DNA of 64,000 bases from an uncultured Acidimicrobiales bacterium (GCA_943788915.1 CALSSD010000010.1:62001-126000); one strand, 5' to 3'. Positions 9,805-21,888 are shown, numbered from the stretch's first letter. Made by a program: numbers and translations. Notes: generated by a model not told the origin, from the letters alone.

Positions 9805-10467
9805 GTGAATGTGTCTGACGCCTTGCGTACCCGTTACTCCGTCCGTGGTTACCTGCCCGATGCCGTGCCCGAAGAGCTGATCAGAGAGGTGTTTGACGTC
9901 GCCCGTTTGGCGGCTTCGGGAACCAACACTCAGCCGTGGCACGTGGCCGTCGTATCAGGCGATGCGTGCAACCGCTTGCGCGATGAACTGTGCGCCAACT
10001 TCGACGACGGTGTCGCCCAGGACCGAGGCTTTCCTGCCAATGCCAAGATGGAAGGTCCGTACCTCGATCGCCGCCGGGCGTGCGGATTCGGGTATTACGA
10101 AACCATGGGCGTCGAGCGCCACGACAAAGATGGCCGGCTAGCGATCGCCCGGAAGAACTTCGAGTTCTTTGGAGCGCCCCACGTGGCCTTCTTCTCGATG
10201 CCCCGTAGTTTCCAGTTCCCGCAAGCTCTCGATGTCGGCATCTTGTTGCAGTCGGTGATGCTGGTCATGGTCGAGAAGGGACTCGGGTGTATCGCTCAGG
10301 GTTCGCTGGCCAATTACCCAGACTCGGTGCGTGCCATGGTCGACATGCCTGAAGACAACGAGATTCTGTGTGGTTTGTCGTTCGGCTACGAAGACGCCGA
10401 CGCCCACATCAACACCGTGCGTATGACGCGCGAGCCACTAGAGACGGTGGCCAGTTTCACCAGCTAG
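9805..10467 (+). CDS. Nitroreductase family protein
   Basis: RYSVRGY, AASGTNTQPW, FFGAP, GLSFGY. Confidence 0.9.
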   Translation: MNVSDALRTRYSVRGYLPDAVPEELIREVFDVARLAASGTNTQPWHVAVVSGDACNRLRDELCANFDDGVAQDRGFPANAKMEGPYLDRRRACGFGYYETMGVERHDKDGRLAIARKNFEFFGAPHVAFFSMPRSFQFPQALDVGILLQSVMLVMVEKGLGCIAQGSLANYPDSVRAMVDMPEDNEILCGLSFGYEDADAHINTVRMTREPLETVASFTS

Positions 10468-10548
10468 GCGAAAACAAGACAAGCGCCGGCCTCGTCGGGT
10501 CCGTGCGCCAGCATGGGTGAGCCAGCTCACATGGGTTCAGAAGACGAA

Positions 10549-10581
10549 GACCCAACCGAGACAAGGTGTCTCGGTTGGGTC
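10549..10581. terminator. Perfect 15-bp stem hairpin between convergent genes, likely bidirectional terminator
   Basis: GACCCAACCGAGACA-AGG-TGTCTCGGTTGGGTC. Confidence 0.7.
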
Positions 10582-10636
10582 CGTCGAGTCGTTGGCTCAA
10601 ACAAGGCTTGTCGACCCTGCGGAGTATCCGAGAATC

Positions 10637-11728
10637 CTAGAAGTCGATGACAGTGCGGGTGCCTTCGCGTCGTTGCATGGCCTGGTAGCCGTCGTTGATC
10701 TGGTCGAGATGGATGTGTTGGCTCACCATCTCGTCGAGCATCAACCGTCCGTCGAGGTACATGTTTACGTACTGGGGCATGTCCTTGCGGAACACGTTTG
10801 AACCCATCATGGAACCCTTGAGGGTCTTCTCCATCATGAAGATCTCATAACCAGGAATCTCGACCTTGGCGTCGAATGGCATCATGCCAACAATGACGGT
10901 CGTGCCCCGAATGCCGGTGACAGACCATGCCTGCTCGGCGGTTTGTTTGAGGCCGATGCACTCGAACGCGTAGTCGGCCATCTGGCCTCCGGTTGCCTCT
11001 TTGACATGAGCGATGACGTCGGTCTCGGCACCGTTGATGATGTCGGTTGCGCCAAGGATCTTGGCGAGCTCAAGCTTCTCTGGGGTGATGTCCACCGCGA
11101 AGATGCGACCGGCACCAGCGATGCGTGCACCTTGGAGTGCAGAGAGGCCGATGCCGCCACAACCAAAGATCACTACGGTCGAACCGGGTTCGATGCGTGC
11201 GGTGCGGAAGACAGCGCCAACGCCGGTGGTTACACCGCAGCCGATGAGTGATGCCTTGTCGAGTGGCATGTCTTCGTGGACTTTTACCACTGCGTTTTCG
11301 TGCACCAACATTTCCTCGGCGAAGCCGCCGAGCCGTGCGAACTGCGCCAGGCCTTCGCCTGCGGCATTGGTCAGCCGAGGTGCAGCATCCCTGGCCCGGC
11401 CAACAGCCCGAAGGTTGGTGCACACGTTTGGGTGACCGGTCAGGCACATGTTGCACGTGCCGCAGAACAACGACAGGCAGGTGATCACGCGATCGCCTGG
11501 TTTGCAGTAAGCGACGTCGTCGCCCACGGCCTGGACGATGCCAGCGGACTCATGGCCCATAACCGCTGGCAACTTGGTTTCCCAGTGGCCTTCCATGAAA
11601 TGCAGGTCGCTGTGACACAACCCTGCGTGGACGGTTTGGATGAGCACCTCGTTCGGTCCCGGCTTATCAACCGTGACGTCTTCGATGACGAGTTCACCTG
11701 GAATCTGATTTAGTACAGCAGCCTTCAT
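10637..11728 (-). CDS. Zn-dependent alcohol dehydrogenase (class III-like MDR)
   Basis: GLCHSD, GHE, CGTCNMC, GCGVTTG, GCGGIG. Confidence 0.93.
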   Translation of the reverse strand: MKAAVLNQIPGELVIEDVTVDKPGPNEVLIQTVHAGLCHSDLHFMEGHWETKLPAVMGHESAGIVQAVGDDVAYCKPGDRVITCLSLFCGTCNMCLTGHPNVCTNLRAVGRARDAAPRLTNAAGEGLAQFARLGGFAEEMLVHENAVVKVHEDMPLDKASLIGCGVTTGVGAVFRTARIEPGSTVVIFGCGGIGLSALQGARIAGAGRIFAVDITPEKLELAKILGATDIINGAETDVIAHVKEATGGQMADYAFECIGLKQTAEQAWSVTGIRGTTVIVGMMPFDAKVEIPGYEIFMMEKTLKGSMMGSNVFRKDMPQYVNMYLDGRLMLDEMVSQHIHLDQINDGYQAMQRREGTRTVIDF

Positions 11729-11803
11729 TGCCCCATCCTGGGGCACAGACGCCGGTCAGCCAAAATGTGACGGTGAGTCCACTGCCATCTACGGTCGGTT
11801 GTC

Positions 11804-12986
11804 ATGACTGATTGGTTGAGCGCTCCCACGGGGGCGTACATGGCCAGGTTGCCGAAGGTTTCGAACCGGTGGCCCAGGTATTCGTAGACAATTTCGCTGA
11901 CCGCAACGAGACCGGCGCCTCGGCCTGTGTGTACGTCAACGGTGAGCGGGTCGTGAACATTTGGGGTGGCGCCGCGAATCACAAGACGAATGAACCATGG
12001 CGGGAAGAGTCCGCCATCGTCGTCTTCTCGACCACCAAGGGCGCGACGGCCATCTGCATCGCTCGGCTGGTGCAAGAAGGCAAACTCGACTACGACCAGA
12101 CCGTGGCGACCTACTGGCCCGAGTTCGCAGCGGCAGGCAAACAAGACGTGACCGTCGGTCAGCTGATGAGTCATCAGGCCGGGCTGATCAGCACGGACCC
12201 GCCGCTGAGCCTGGATGAGATCCTGCAGGTCACGCCGGTGGTCGAGGCACTCGCTGCCCAGGCACCGCTGTGGGAACCGGGCACCGATCACGGTTACCAC
12301 GCACTCACCTATGGCTGGTTGGCTGGCGAACTGGTGCGACGGGTCGACGGCCGAACGATTGGCCAGTATTTCGCCGAAGAGGTGGCCGGACCCCTTGGCT
12401 TGGACTTCTGGATCGGACTGCCCGAGGACCAAGAGTGGCGGGTCGCCCGGCTCCGAGGTGCGCCTCGGCCATCAGGCGAAGCGCTCGATTTGATGCGAAA
12501 GATCGCCAGCCCTGGCACCAATGGTGGGCGAGCACTCACTATGGATGGCGCCTTCGCCCCGATAGACGGTGTCGACCCGTTCAACACCCGACCCGTGCGC
12601 GCCAGCGAGATCCCGGCAGCGAACGGCGTGACCAACGCCGCGTCGGTCGCCCGCATGTATGCCGCCACGATTGGCACAGTCGATGGTGTCCGGTTGCTTG
12701 ACGAAGCCACGGTTGACAAGGCCCGAGCCGAGCAGGTGTTTGGTCCTGATCAGTCGTTGGTGTTGCCGACTCGCTTCGGGTATGGCTTCATGCTGCATTG
12801 TGATGAACTCGTACTCACCCAGGATGGCGCGTTCGGTCACTACGGCGCTGGCGGCTCGCTCGGGTTCGCCGACCCCGCAACTGGCATGGCCTTCGGGTAC
12901 GTCATGAATCAGAAGGGCGGCGGCATCGCCAGCGACCCTCGTGCCGTGGCTCTGCTCCAAGCAGCCCAACCGCCTGCCTCATCTGA
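11804..12986 (+). CDS. Serine hydrolase / class C beta-lactamase-like esterase (apparent indels near both ends)
   Basis: FSTTK (SxxK), HGYHALTYG, FGHYGAGG. ATG 11804 follows a TACGGT -10 but is out of frame with the body. A plausible end ...ACLI-TGA at 12984-12986 is in another frame (track ORF 11812..13050). Confidence 0.85.
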
Positions 12987-13106
12987 AGAGCTTGTATTTG
13001 AAGAGATTGCTTCTATGTCGGTGGTAGTGATTCAAGGCTCCCCGAACTAGGTTCGCCTACTCAGTCGAGCCACACAGTCACATCGAAGAACACAACAGAG
13101 GGCACC

Positions 13107-14004
13107 ATGCAGGTCGGAATTTTCGGATTTGAATCCAAGGTCGACAAGATCGTCGAAGAGGTAGCCATCGCTGCTGGCCAGGGATTCGCCAGCTTCTGGG
13201 TCCCGCAGATCTTCGGCGTCGATGCCCTCACGGCACTGGCCGTGGCCGGTCGCGAGGTTCCGGAGATCAAGCTGGGCACATCGGTGATCCCCACCTATCC
13301 GCGGCATCCAATGATGTTGGCCCAGCAGGCGCTCACCGTTAGCCAGGTCATCGGTGGCGGCCGGCTGCAGCTCGGAATCGGCCTGTCGCACCAGCCGGTT
13401 GTCGAGGGTATGTGGGGCATGCCGTTCGAGAAGCCGGTGCGGCACATGCGCGAATATCTGGAACTCCTCGGCCCCATGCTTCGCGACCAGACGCGTGTCT
13501 GCCTCCTACGAGACCCTCACCGCTCGCGGTCAACTCGATATCCCCGACGCCGAAGCCCCAGCCGTGCTGGTCGCTGCGCTTGGGCCGCAGATGCTCAAGG
13601 TCACGGGCCGCCTGGCCGACGGCACGATCACCTGGATGACCGGCGCCAAAACGATCGCAGAACTTACCGTGCCGACCATCGCTGCGGCCGCCGAGGAAGC
13701 CGGCAAGGCCGCTCCCCAGATCGTGGTTGGCCTGCCGATCTGCATCACCGCTGATGTCGATGCGGCTCGCGCACGCGCCGCCAAGGAGTTCCAGATCTAC
13801 GGCCAGCTGCCGTCGTACCGGGCCATGCTTGACAACGAAGGCCTCGGCGGGCCCGAGGATCTGGCACTTATCGGTGACCCAGCCGAAATCCGTGATCGCA
13901 TCGCCGTCTTCGAAGATGGCGGCATGACCACGTTCGCAGCCAGCAGTTTCGGCAACGAATCCGAACGGGCCGCCACCCGCGAGTTCCTCCAGGGTCTGCT
14001 CTAG
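13107..14004 (+). CDS. LLM-class F420-dependent oxidoreductase (TIGR03564-like), +1 frameshift near 13492
   Basis: N-half GTSVIPTYPRHP...LGIGLSH in one frame; C-half VAALGPQML...YGQLPSYRAMLD in another. Confidence 0.87.
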
Positions 14005-14022
14005 AAGGAGCCTGGTTGGCGG

Positions 14023-14659
14023 CTAGCGCCCGGCGATCTCCTCGGGTGACGTCGCCAGCCAGGTGTCGTGCTGAGCATTGGAAACATCGATGATCTGTTG
14101 CATCGAGTCGAGCGACGGCTCGTTGAGCAGCATGCCGGGCGCACCCGTGATGCCATCACCGGCCCGGAACTCGAGCAGCTGAACGCCCTCGGGGCCAGCG
14201 GTGTACTTGTACGGCATCTCGTTGGGAATGAATACCCCGTCGCCTGCGCCCAACACCTGTGAACCCAGCCGGACCTCGCCAGTGATGATGTAGTACAAAC
14301 AGTCGCCGAAGCGGGGATGGCTGTGGCGGAACAGCGGCATGTTGGCACCAAACCAGACATGAACGAGTGACATGCCTTGGGGTCCCTTCTGTGAGAAGAG
14401 AAGCGTTTCAGAGACCCCAGGATTAATGGCCCGAATCATGCCGTCGAGCTTGGTGCGCACGTCGGCTTCGTCGTTGTCGGCGAGCAGTGGGCTGTAGTCG
14501 AAACCGTCGACGATCGCAGAGGTGTCGAAGTCCTCAGGGATCTGGCGGCGGCGTTTGATCTTGGGCGCCTTGAAGATCTTGAACCGACCTCGTGCTGACC
14601 GGAACCGGCCCTGTTCTTCCTAGGTCCTGCGCTACGTCAGTTGCGTCGGTGATCGCCAT
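14023..14659 (-). CDS. Cupin-domain protein, +1 frameshift near 14620
   Basis: HSH...CLYYIITG...GDGVFIP...YKY...LLEFR. ATG 14659 overlaps the BVMO stop (TAATG); removing one G gives MAITDATDVAQDLEEQGRF... Confidence 0.75.
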
Positions 14660-16492
14660 TAGCGCACTTCGCAGCCGTCGAGATCGCCAGCTTCGCGCCA
14701 GTCGTTCAGGATCTCGAAGAACCTGACAGGCCCTTCGCCGTAGCTAGCGCTGAAGAAACCGTTCGGGTTCTCGGCGACACCCTCGTTGTTGTAGTAGCCG
14801 GGTGTGCATTCGGCCCGGAATCGTGCACCCAAACGGGCCTTGTTCTTCATCTCGTCGACCCACGCCTGCTCACCTTCGACGGTGGCCTCGACGACGGAGC
14901 CATCAGCAGCGCGGACCTTGTCCAGAATGTACGCGATATGCACAGCTTGCTCGTTCAGCGTCTGAGGGCACGTTCACCGTGACAGCGCCTTGGGTGAAGC
15001 CCATGAAGAATGCGTTGGGGAAACCTTCGGTTTGCAGGCCGTGCACCGTGCGCAGGCCGTTTTCCCATTTGTCGCTGAGTTTCTGGCCGTTGCGGCCAAC
15101 AACGTCGTAACCGGACCGGCGGGTGTAGCTCGTGCCGACTTCGAAGCCGGTGGCGAAGATGATGCAGTCGAGTTCGTACTCTTTGCCGTTGGCGATGAGG
15201 CCCTTTTCGGTGAACTGGTCGATGCCCTTGCCATCGGTGTCGACCAGGTGCACGTTCGGGAGGTTGAACGTGGGCAGGTACTCATCGTGGAAACACGGGC
15301 GTTTGCAGAACTGGCGGTAATACGGCTTGAGTGACTCGGCGACCTCGGGGTCATCGACGATCTCTTGTGCACGGGCCCGCACGGCTTCCATCTTGCGATA
15401 GTCCGACATTTCCATCAGTTCGGCTCGCTCGGCAGGAGTCAGGCGGCGGCCCAGCTTCGTGGCTGCGGTTTTGGCTGCGATACCAGTCAGATTGCGGAAG
15501 ATGTCGGTCCAACCATCGTTGACCAGGTCTTCGTCTTGATGAGCGCCGGTGACCAGCTTGTTGAAGTTCTCCATACGTCGGTACTGCCAACCCGGTTCCA
15601 GGCTGTCGATGAACTCTTGTGGCGTCTCGCGGTTGTTGCGGACGTCGATCGACGACGGCGTGCGCTGGAACACGAAGAGTTCCTTGGCTGATGCGCCCAA
15701 GTGAGGGACACATTGGACCGCGGTGGCGCCGGTGCCAATGATGCCAACTCGTTTGTCTTTCAGGCCGTCGAGGTCGCCAGCATTGCTGCCGCCGGTGTAG
15801 TCGTAGTCCCACCGGCTGGTGTGGAAGGTATGTCCCTTGTAGTCGTTGATTCCCTGGATGGCCGGCAGCTTGGGCCGGTTGAGTGGGCCGTTCGCCATGG
15901 CGATGGCACGGGCGGTGAATCGGTCGCCCTTGTCGGTCTCGATAATCCAGTGATCCTGCGCGTCGTCCCAGGTGACCGCGGTGACGCCGGTGCTGAGCAG
16001 CGCATTCTCGTACAGGTTGTAATGGCGGGCGATGTTCTTGGAGTGCTCCATAATTTCGGGAGCAAACGAGTACTTGTGTTTGGGGACGTAGTCGAGTTCT
16101 TCGAGCATGGGTAGGTAGCAATACGACTCGACGTCGCACATGGCACCCGGGTACCGATTCCAGTACCAGGTGCCACCGAAGTCGCCGCCCTTTTCGATCA
16201 CGCGCACGTCGTCGAAGCCGTTCTCACGAAGTCTTCCGCCCATGAGCAGCCCAGCGAAGCCGCCACCCACGATGGCGACGTCGACATGATCGAAGACCGG
16301 TTCGCGCTCGAGTGCCTGTTCGTACGGGTCGTCGACGTAACTCGAGAAGTCGCCGGTGACCTCGATGTATTGCTCGTTCGCATCGGTGCGAATCCGCTTG
16401 TCTCGCTCGAAGAGATACTTCTCTTTGAGGGCATCGGGATCGAAGTCGATCCCGCCCAGGGTTTCGACCAATACATCGGAGAACTCAGGCAT
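14659..16492 (-). CDS. Baeyer-Villiger monooxygenase, +1 frameshift near 14968
   Basis: GGGFAG, GGTWYWNRYPG, FHTSRWD (FxGxxxHxxxW), GTGATA, ATGFE; C-terminal ECTPGYYNNEG in a second frame. Confidence 0.92.
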
Positions 16493-16554
16493 CCCTAAAG
16501 AATGGCACCGCAGACAGCACTGGCACTAGTCGCGTCAACAACTAACGTCGTTTC

Positions 16555-16929
16555 ATGGCGCTGGAACCGGGACCGATGCAAGTTGTGCACAATTTTCACA
16601 CCACGAAGGCCGAGGTGTTGGCGGACATCGCAGCGCTTGATCTGTGGCCAACCACCTATGTCTCGGAGCGTATGGGCGAACTCCCATTGCACTGGCACGA
16701 CGTCGACAATGTTGGGTACGTGCTCGAGGGCAGCAGTTATGTCATGAACGAGGCGGGCGAACACATTCCACTCGGCGCTGGCGACAAGCTCATCCTTCCC
16801 GCCGGTGCGGTGCATGCCGAAGGTACGGTCACCGACCGCATGGTGTACATCGTTGGCATCTCCAAAGCCGAGAACCTGCTGGATGCCTTGCTGCCGTTGA
16901 ACCCGCCCGAGACGAGCCCACTTCTATGA
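16555..16929 (+). CDS. Cupin-domain protein
   Basis: LHWH...YVLEG...GDKLILPAGAVHAE. Confidence 0.8.
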   Translation: MALEPGPMQVVHNFHTTKAEVLADIAALDLWPTTYVSERMGELPLHWHDVDNVGYVLEGSSYVMNEAGEHIPLGAGDKLILPAGAVHAEGTVTDRMVYIVGISKAENLLDALLPLNPPETSPLL

Positions 16930-17765
16930 CCGCCACTGTGAACGAACCGGTGATGAATGAACCGGTGACGAACGAACCCTGCCTGCTGTTCATCCATGCC
17001 CATCCCGATGACGAGTGCATCCTGACCGGCTCTGTTCTGGCCAAGGCCAACTCGTTCGGTATCCGAACGGTGGTGGTCTTCGGTACCCGAGGCGATGCTG
17101 GTGAGACCAAGCTTGATCTCGGTGGTGAGTGTCTCGGCGAACGCCGAGTCCGTGAAGCCGAAGCGGCCTGCGCAGATTTGGGCGTGAACCGGATCGAGTG
17201 GTTGGCCTACGACGACTCTGGCATGGACGGCACGCATACAACCAGCAACCCGTCGGCATTCAGTAATGCCGATCCGGCAGCGTTAGCCGCAGAACTGGTC
17301 GAGCTTCTGGCCGACGAAGACGTTGTGGCGATCGTGGGTTACGACAAGAACGGCACCTACGGCCATCCCGATCACAAACAGGTGCATCATGTGTCGCATG
17401 CCGTCGCACCTGCGCTTGGCAGTGACTGGGTGCTCGAGGCGACCTACCACCGCGAGTACCTGGCCAAGCTGTTACCTGATGCCGACGGCACGCTCGATCC
17501 GGACTTCGCTGCGGGCGAGGCTGAGCTGTCGCACTATGTCGAAGGCCACGAGTGGTTCGAGATCAAGATGAAGGCGCTGATGCATCACACGTCGCAGGTT
17601 CCCGACGACGTGAACACCGAGGACCCGCCGGTGGAACGATTCAAGGCACGTTTCGGCACCGAATGGTTCATCACCACGCCCTACAACGGCTCAACCAACG
17701 TCGACGATCTACCCGTGCTGGCCAAACTGCTCGAACCAAAAGCCAACTGGGTCTCACCCTTGTAG
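16926..17765 (+). CDS. PIG-L family deacetylase (MshB/Mca-like)
   Basis: HAHPDDE, DSGM, YGHPDH, HTSQ; N-terminal NEPV repeat. Confidence 0.9.
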   Translation: MTATVNEPVMNEPVTNEPCLLFIHAHPDDECILTGSVLAKANSFGIRTVVVFGTRGDAGETKLDLGGECLGERRVREAEAACADLGVNRIEWLAYDDSGMDGTHTTSNPSAFSNADPAALAAELVELLADEDVVAIVGYDKNGTYGHPDHKQVHHVSHAVAPALGSDWVLEATYHREYLAKLLPDADGTLDPDFAAGEAELSHYVEGHEWFEIKMKALMHHTSQVPDDVNTEDPPVERFKARFGTEWFITTPYNGSTNVDDLPVLAKLLEPKANWVSPL

Positions 17766-17773
17766 CTGGTCGC

Positions 17774-19524
17774 CTACCCCTGCAGCGACGGAACTTCGAA
17801 GCAGGCGAGTGCGGCCACAACAGTAGATGCGTCGCCGCTCGATCAGTGGCGGCGCCGGAGTCGAGCGCGTCGGCGAACGTCAACCTGCCCGAGATCACGT
17901 CGGCCCAGTGTTCGTGACTGATCGTTACCGTGTGTTCTGCCGCGGTGCCATCGGTCGGTATGGCGACGCCCCGCCGAACATGTAAGCCAGAACGCGAGTT
18001 GCCCATGACGAACGCGATGTGGCAGTCAACATCGGCGGCTAGCTCGGGAATCAGCGTTGTCTTAAGTCCGTGCACGAACGTCGCAGGTTCGTTTGCCAGA
18101 ACCTGGCTGCGTCCGGCTCGGAAGCCTCGGTGGCGAGAGAAGTCGATTTGGCCGTCGAGTTCGAGCGCTCGGGTCAGACACCAGTTGCGGACGTTGGCCG
18201 ACATTGTCCGTTGAGCGATCGTACGAAGCACGTTTGCCAGTAGCCCTCGTTCGGCTGGCGTGCCGCCATCGGCACGTCCGTCGTCGGTGACTTGGCTGCG
18301 CACCAGCCAGGTGGCGAGTTCGAGTGCCCAACGGATGTCATCGTCAGCGAGCGACTCTTGGGCTTGGGTCATGACCTGATCGCGGCCGCCGAAGCCCGCG
18401 ATAAGTCGCTGGGTGCGTTCGATTGTCGGCAGCGGGAAGAGCTCGGCTTCATTGCCGTCGAACCAGCCTCGGAGTCCGGCATGGATCTGGCGCACATGGT
18501 GTTCGACCAGGCCATAGTGCTGCTGGGTCAGGTAGCTGCGGTCAAAACGTTCGGGCAGCTGCACCTGAGCGATGAGCTCGCCCAGAGTTAACCCCTTGTT
18601 GATGCCTCGCACCGTTTGATCCCACATGAACTGGATGGCGTCGCGTGCATCGATCACGCCATCTCGGATCTCGCCTCGGCCAGACAGCGGTGGCCCATGG
18701 GCACACACCAGATGTTCTGGATCGAAGTCTGCGATCTCGTCAATGCCGTTGAGCAGGATCCGGGGGTCGCGGTACTCCTCGCCCCGGATTGCGAACACGT
18801 TGAACAGCGCCGGCCACACGATGTTGTTGACACACAGGTCGAGTTCCGGGAAGAACACATTGATGTTGTCGTTTGCGTCTGACGGCGCCGGGGACAGTGT
18901 GACCTGAAGTCCAGCAAGGGTGATCGTTGTTTTTTCGGCGACCAGGTTGGTCGGCGGTAGATAACCGGCAGTGCCTCGGCCATGCGCCGGGTTTTTGTAG
19001 AAACGACCCAAGCCGCCACCGACCATGCCGTCGGGACCGTCGGTCGGTAGCGACATGCCGAACTGGTGGATCAGCCCCCGAGCGCTCACGGGGCCAACGT
19101 CAGATGCGATCCGCGACAGGTTGTCGGGGATCAGCTCGTGTCCCCAGATGGGAATGTCGTCGCCGGCTGCCATGAACGCGGCGGTGCCATTGCAGTAGTG
19201 GAAATGGGTGTAGATAACGGCCACTACGGGTGCTGAGGTGTGGGCTCGAACTGCATCGAGTGCAGCTTGCATCTCTTCTTGTGACTCGCCGGTATCGATC
19301 ACGATCAGGCCATCGGGGCCCTCGACGAATGTCTGGTTCGACAAGCCATTACCGACCATGCACCACACGTTGTCGCTGACTTCGTAGAGCTTCTCGGCGA
19401 GCCGGTCCATATGTTCGATCGTCGATCGATGCACCAACTGACCTTGTGCTGCCGTGACGGTGTTACGCCCGTCGCTATCGAAGCTGGCTGGTAATGCTCT
19501 GTTGCTTGGTGATGCGGTGCCCAT
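17774..19524 (-). CDS. Alkyl sulfatase (SdsA1/BDS1-like MBL fold with dimerisation and SCP2-like domains), frameshift near C-terminus
   Basis: GLSN.TFVEG..GLIVIDTG, IRG..RDP, AHG, YG.V.HH...GWFDG. Plausible end GDASTVVAALACFEVPSLQG-TAG at 17774 in a shifted frame. Confidence 0.85.
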
Positions 19525-19560
19525 GTGAACGACAGTAGTCAGCCCAACTAGTTTGGCCCA

Positions 19561-21888
19561 GTGACGACGAATCTTCCGAAGGCCACACCCCCGTTCGAAG
19601 GCGAGGTCGCTCGTCTTTATGGCGATGCGACTCCGCGACCGCTTCACGCCCCGACGCCGTCGGACGGTCCCAACATCGTGTTGGTGATGCTCGACGATGT
19701 GGGTTTCGGCACCTGCTCGACCTTTGGCGGGCCGGTGCCGACCCCGACGGTGGAACGGGTTGCCCAGGCGGGTCTTCGCTACAACCAGTTCCATACGACA
19801 GCGCTGTGCTCACCGACCCGAGCTGCCATGCTGACTGGACGCAACCATCACACCGCACACATGGGCGGCATTACCGAGATTGCGAACAGTTTTCCGGGGT
19901 ATGACTCGGCGATTCCCCTTGAGACCGCCATGGTCGCCGAGCTGCTTCGCCAGAACGGCTACTCGACGGGCTGTTTCGGCAAATGGCATCTGACCCCATC
20001 ATGGGAGCAGAGTCCTGCCGGGCCGTTTGATCGGTGGCCGACGGGTCAAGGCTTCGATCGGTTCTACGGCATCATCGGTGCTGAGTGCAGCATGTACGAG
20101 CCACCGGTCTATGACCAGACCACACCGATCCAGCCGAATGCCGGTCGCGACGACTACCACTTCACCGAGGACATGGCTGACAAGGCCATCGACTGGATAC
20201 GGCTGCAGAAGGCAAGCGCCCCTGACCGGCCGTTCTTCTGTTATTTCGCGACGGCAGCGGTGCATGCACCGCATCATGTGTGGCCCGAATGGATCGCCAA
20301 ATTTAAGGGCCAGTTCGACGACGGCTGGGACGTACTGCGTGAACACATCTACGAGCGCCAGCTCGCTCTCGGTGTCATTCCGCCGGATACAGCGCTGACG
20401 CCTCGGCCCGATCAGGTGCCGTCGTGGGATGAGTACCCCGACCGCTACAAGCCGGTTGCGTCACGGCTGATGGAAGTATTCGCCGCGTTCATGGCCCATA
20501 CCGATGCCCAAGTTGGGCGGGTGTTGGACGCCATCGACGAATTAGGCGTGGGCGACGACACGTTGGTCGTCTATCTGACCGGCGACAACGGCGCTTCAGC
20601 CGAAGGCACGATTCATGGGGCATGGAGCGCACCATCATTTCAGAACGGCGTGCACGAAGACCCCGAGTGGCTTCTCGAGCACATGGACGACTTCGGTAGT
20701 GAACGATGCGAGAACCACTTCAACGTCGGCTGGGCATGGGCGCTCGATTCGCCATTCCAATGGATGAAGCAGGTGGCCTCGCACTTCGGCGGCACCCGCA
20801 ACGCATTAGCGGTGTCATGGCCCAACGGCATCGATGACGCTGGCGGCCTGCGCCAGGGTTTTCATCATGTGATCGACATCTTCCCCACACTGCTCGAGGT
20901 CGCCGGTATCGACATGCCCGATCAGGTGAAGGGCATCGACCAGCTGCCGCTGCACGGCGATTCCATGGTGCCCAGCTTCGATGCCGGGACCGAGCCCGAC
21001 ACCGACCGTACGCAGTACTTCGAGATACTGGGGAACCGAGCGATCTATCACGACGGCTGGATCGCATCGTGTTTCCATGGTCGGGTGCCGTGGATCCGGT
21101 ATGCGGGTTTCGAATTCGACGGCCCCGACGAGGTGTGGGAGCTCTACGACGTGGGGAATGACTTTTCGCAGAGTGTTGACCTGGCCGGTGAACATCCCGA
21201 GAAACTGGCTGAGATGCAGGCGTTGTTTGAATCCGAAGCGCAGCGCCACGGCGTTTACCCAATGCGCGACGCAGGGGCAAAACGGGGCGGCGACTACGGC
21301 GTGCCCCGGTCGCTCCAGGCTGACCACATGACGTACACACCGGCTCATGTCCGCATGCCGGAAAGCTCGATCGTCAATATGAAAAACGCGTCGTCCAGGA
21401 TCACTGCGTCGATCGTGGTTCCCGATGGCGGAGCCGAGGGTGTCGTCGCGTGTCAGGGCGGTGCCATGGCTGGCTGGGCACTATGGCTCGACGAGCACGG
21501 CGTGCCTCACCATCTGTACAACTGCTTCGGGCACCACCTGACCACCACGTCTGGCCCCGGACCACTTGCCCCCGGCGAGCACGAACTGAGTGTGCTCTAC
21601 GTGCACGATGGCGGCTTCGGCGCCGGAGGCACAAACATCTTCTTCATCGATGGCGTCGAGGTCGACCGCGCCCGATTGGAACAGACCGTTCCCGTCATCT
21701 TCTCGATGAGCGGCGAGACGTTCGATGTTGGCATCGACACCGGCTCGCCGGTTGGCCCCTACCGGCACGACTACCGCTTCACCGCCGACATCACCAGTGT
21801 GACCCTCGAACGCCTGAGCGAACCAGACGACGAGACACGGGCCCAGATGCTCGCGGGCGAATGGACCGCTGCCATGTCTACTCAATAG
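19561..21888 (+). CDS. Arylsulfatase (Cys-type formylglycine sulfatase)
   Basis: DDVG, CSPTRAAMLTGR, GKWH, GDNG, HHVID. Confidence 0.94.
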   Translation: MTTNLPKATPPFEGEVARLYGDATPRPLHAPTPSDGPNIVLVMLDDVGFGTCSTFGGPVPTPTVERVAQAGLRYNQFHTTALCSPTRAAMLTGRNHHTAHMGGITEIANSFPGYDSAIPLETAMVAELLRQNGYSTGCFGKWHLTPSWEQSPAGPFDRWPTGQGFDRFYGIIGAECSMYEPPVYDQTTPIQPNAGRDDYHFTEDMADKAIDWIRLQKASAPDRPFFCYFATAAVHAPHHVWPEWIAKFKGQFDDGWDVLREHIYERQLALGVIPPDTALTPRPDQVPSWDEYPDRYKPVASRLMEVFAAFMAHTDAQVGRVLDAIDELGVGDDTLVVYLTGDNGASAEGTIHGAWSAPSFQNGVHEDPEWLLEHMDDFGSERCENHFNVGWAWALDSPFQWMKQVASHFGGTRNALAVSWPNGIDDAGGLRQGFHHVIDIFPTLLEVAGIDMPDQVKGIDQLPLHGDSMVPSFDAGTEPDTDRTQYFEILGNRAIYHDGWIASCFHGRVPWIRYAGFEFDGPDEVWELYDVGNDFSQSVDLAGEHPEKLAEMQALFESEAQRHGVYPMRDAGAKRGGDYGVPRSLQADHMTYTPAHVRMPESSIVNMKNASSRITASIVVPDGGAEGVVACQGGAMAGWALWLDEHGVPHHLYNCFGHHLTTTSGPGPLAPGEHELSVLYVHDGGFGAGGTNIFFIDGVEVDRARLEQTVPVIFSMSGETFDVGIDTGSPVGPYRHDYRFTADITSVTLERLSEPDDETRAQMLAGEWTAAMSTQ

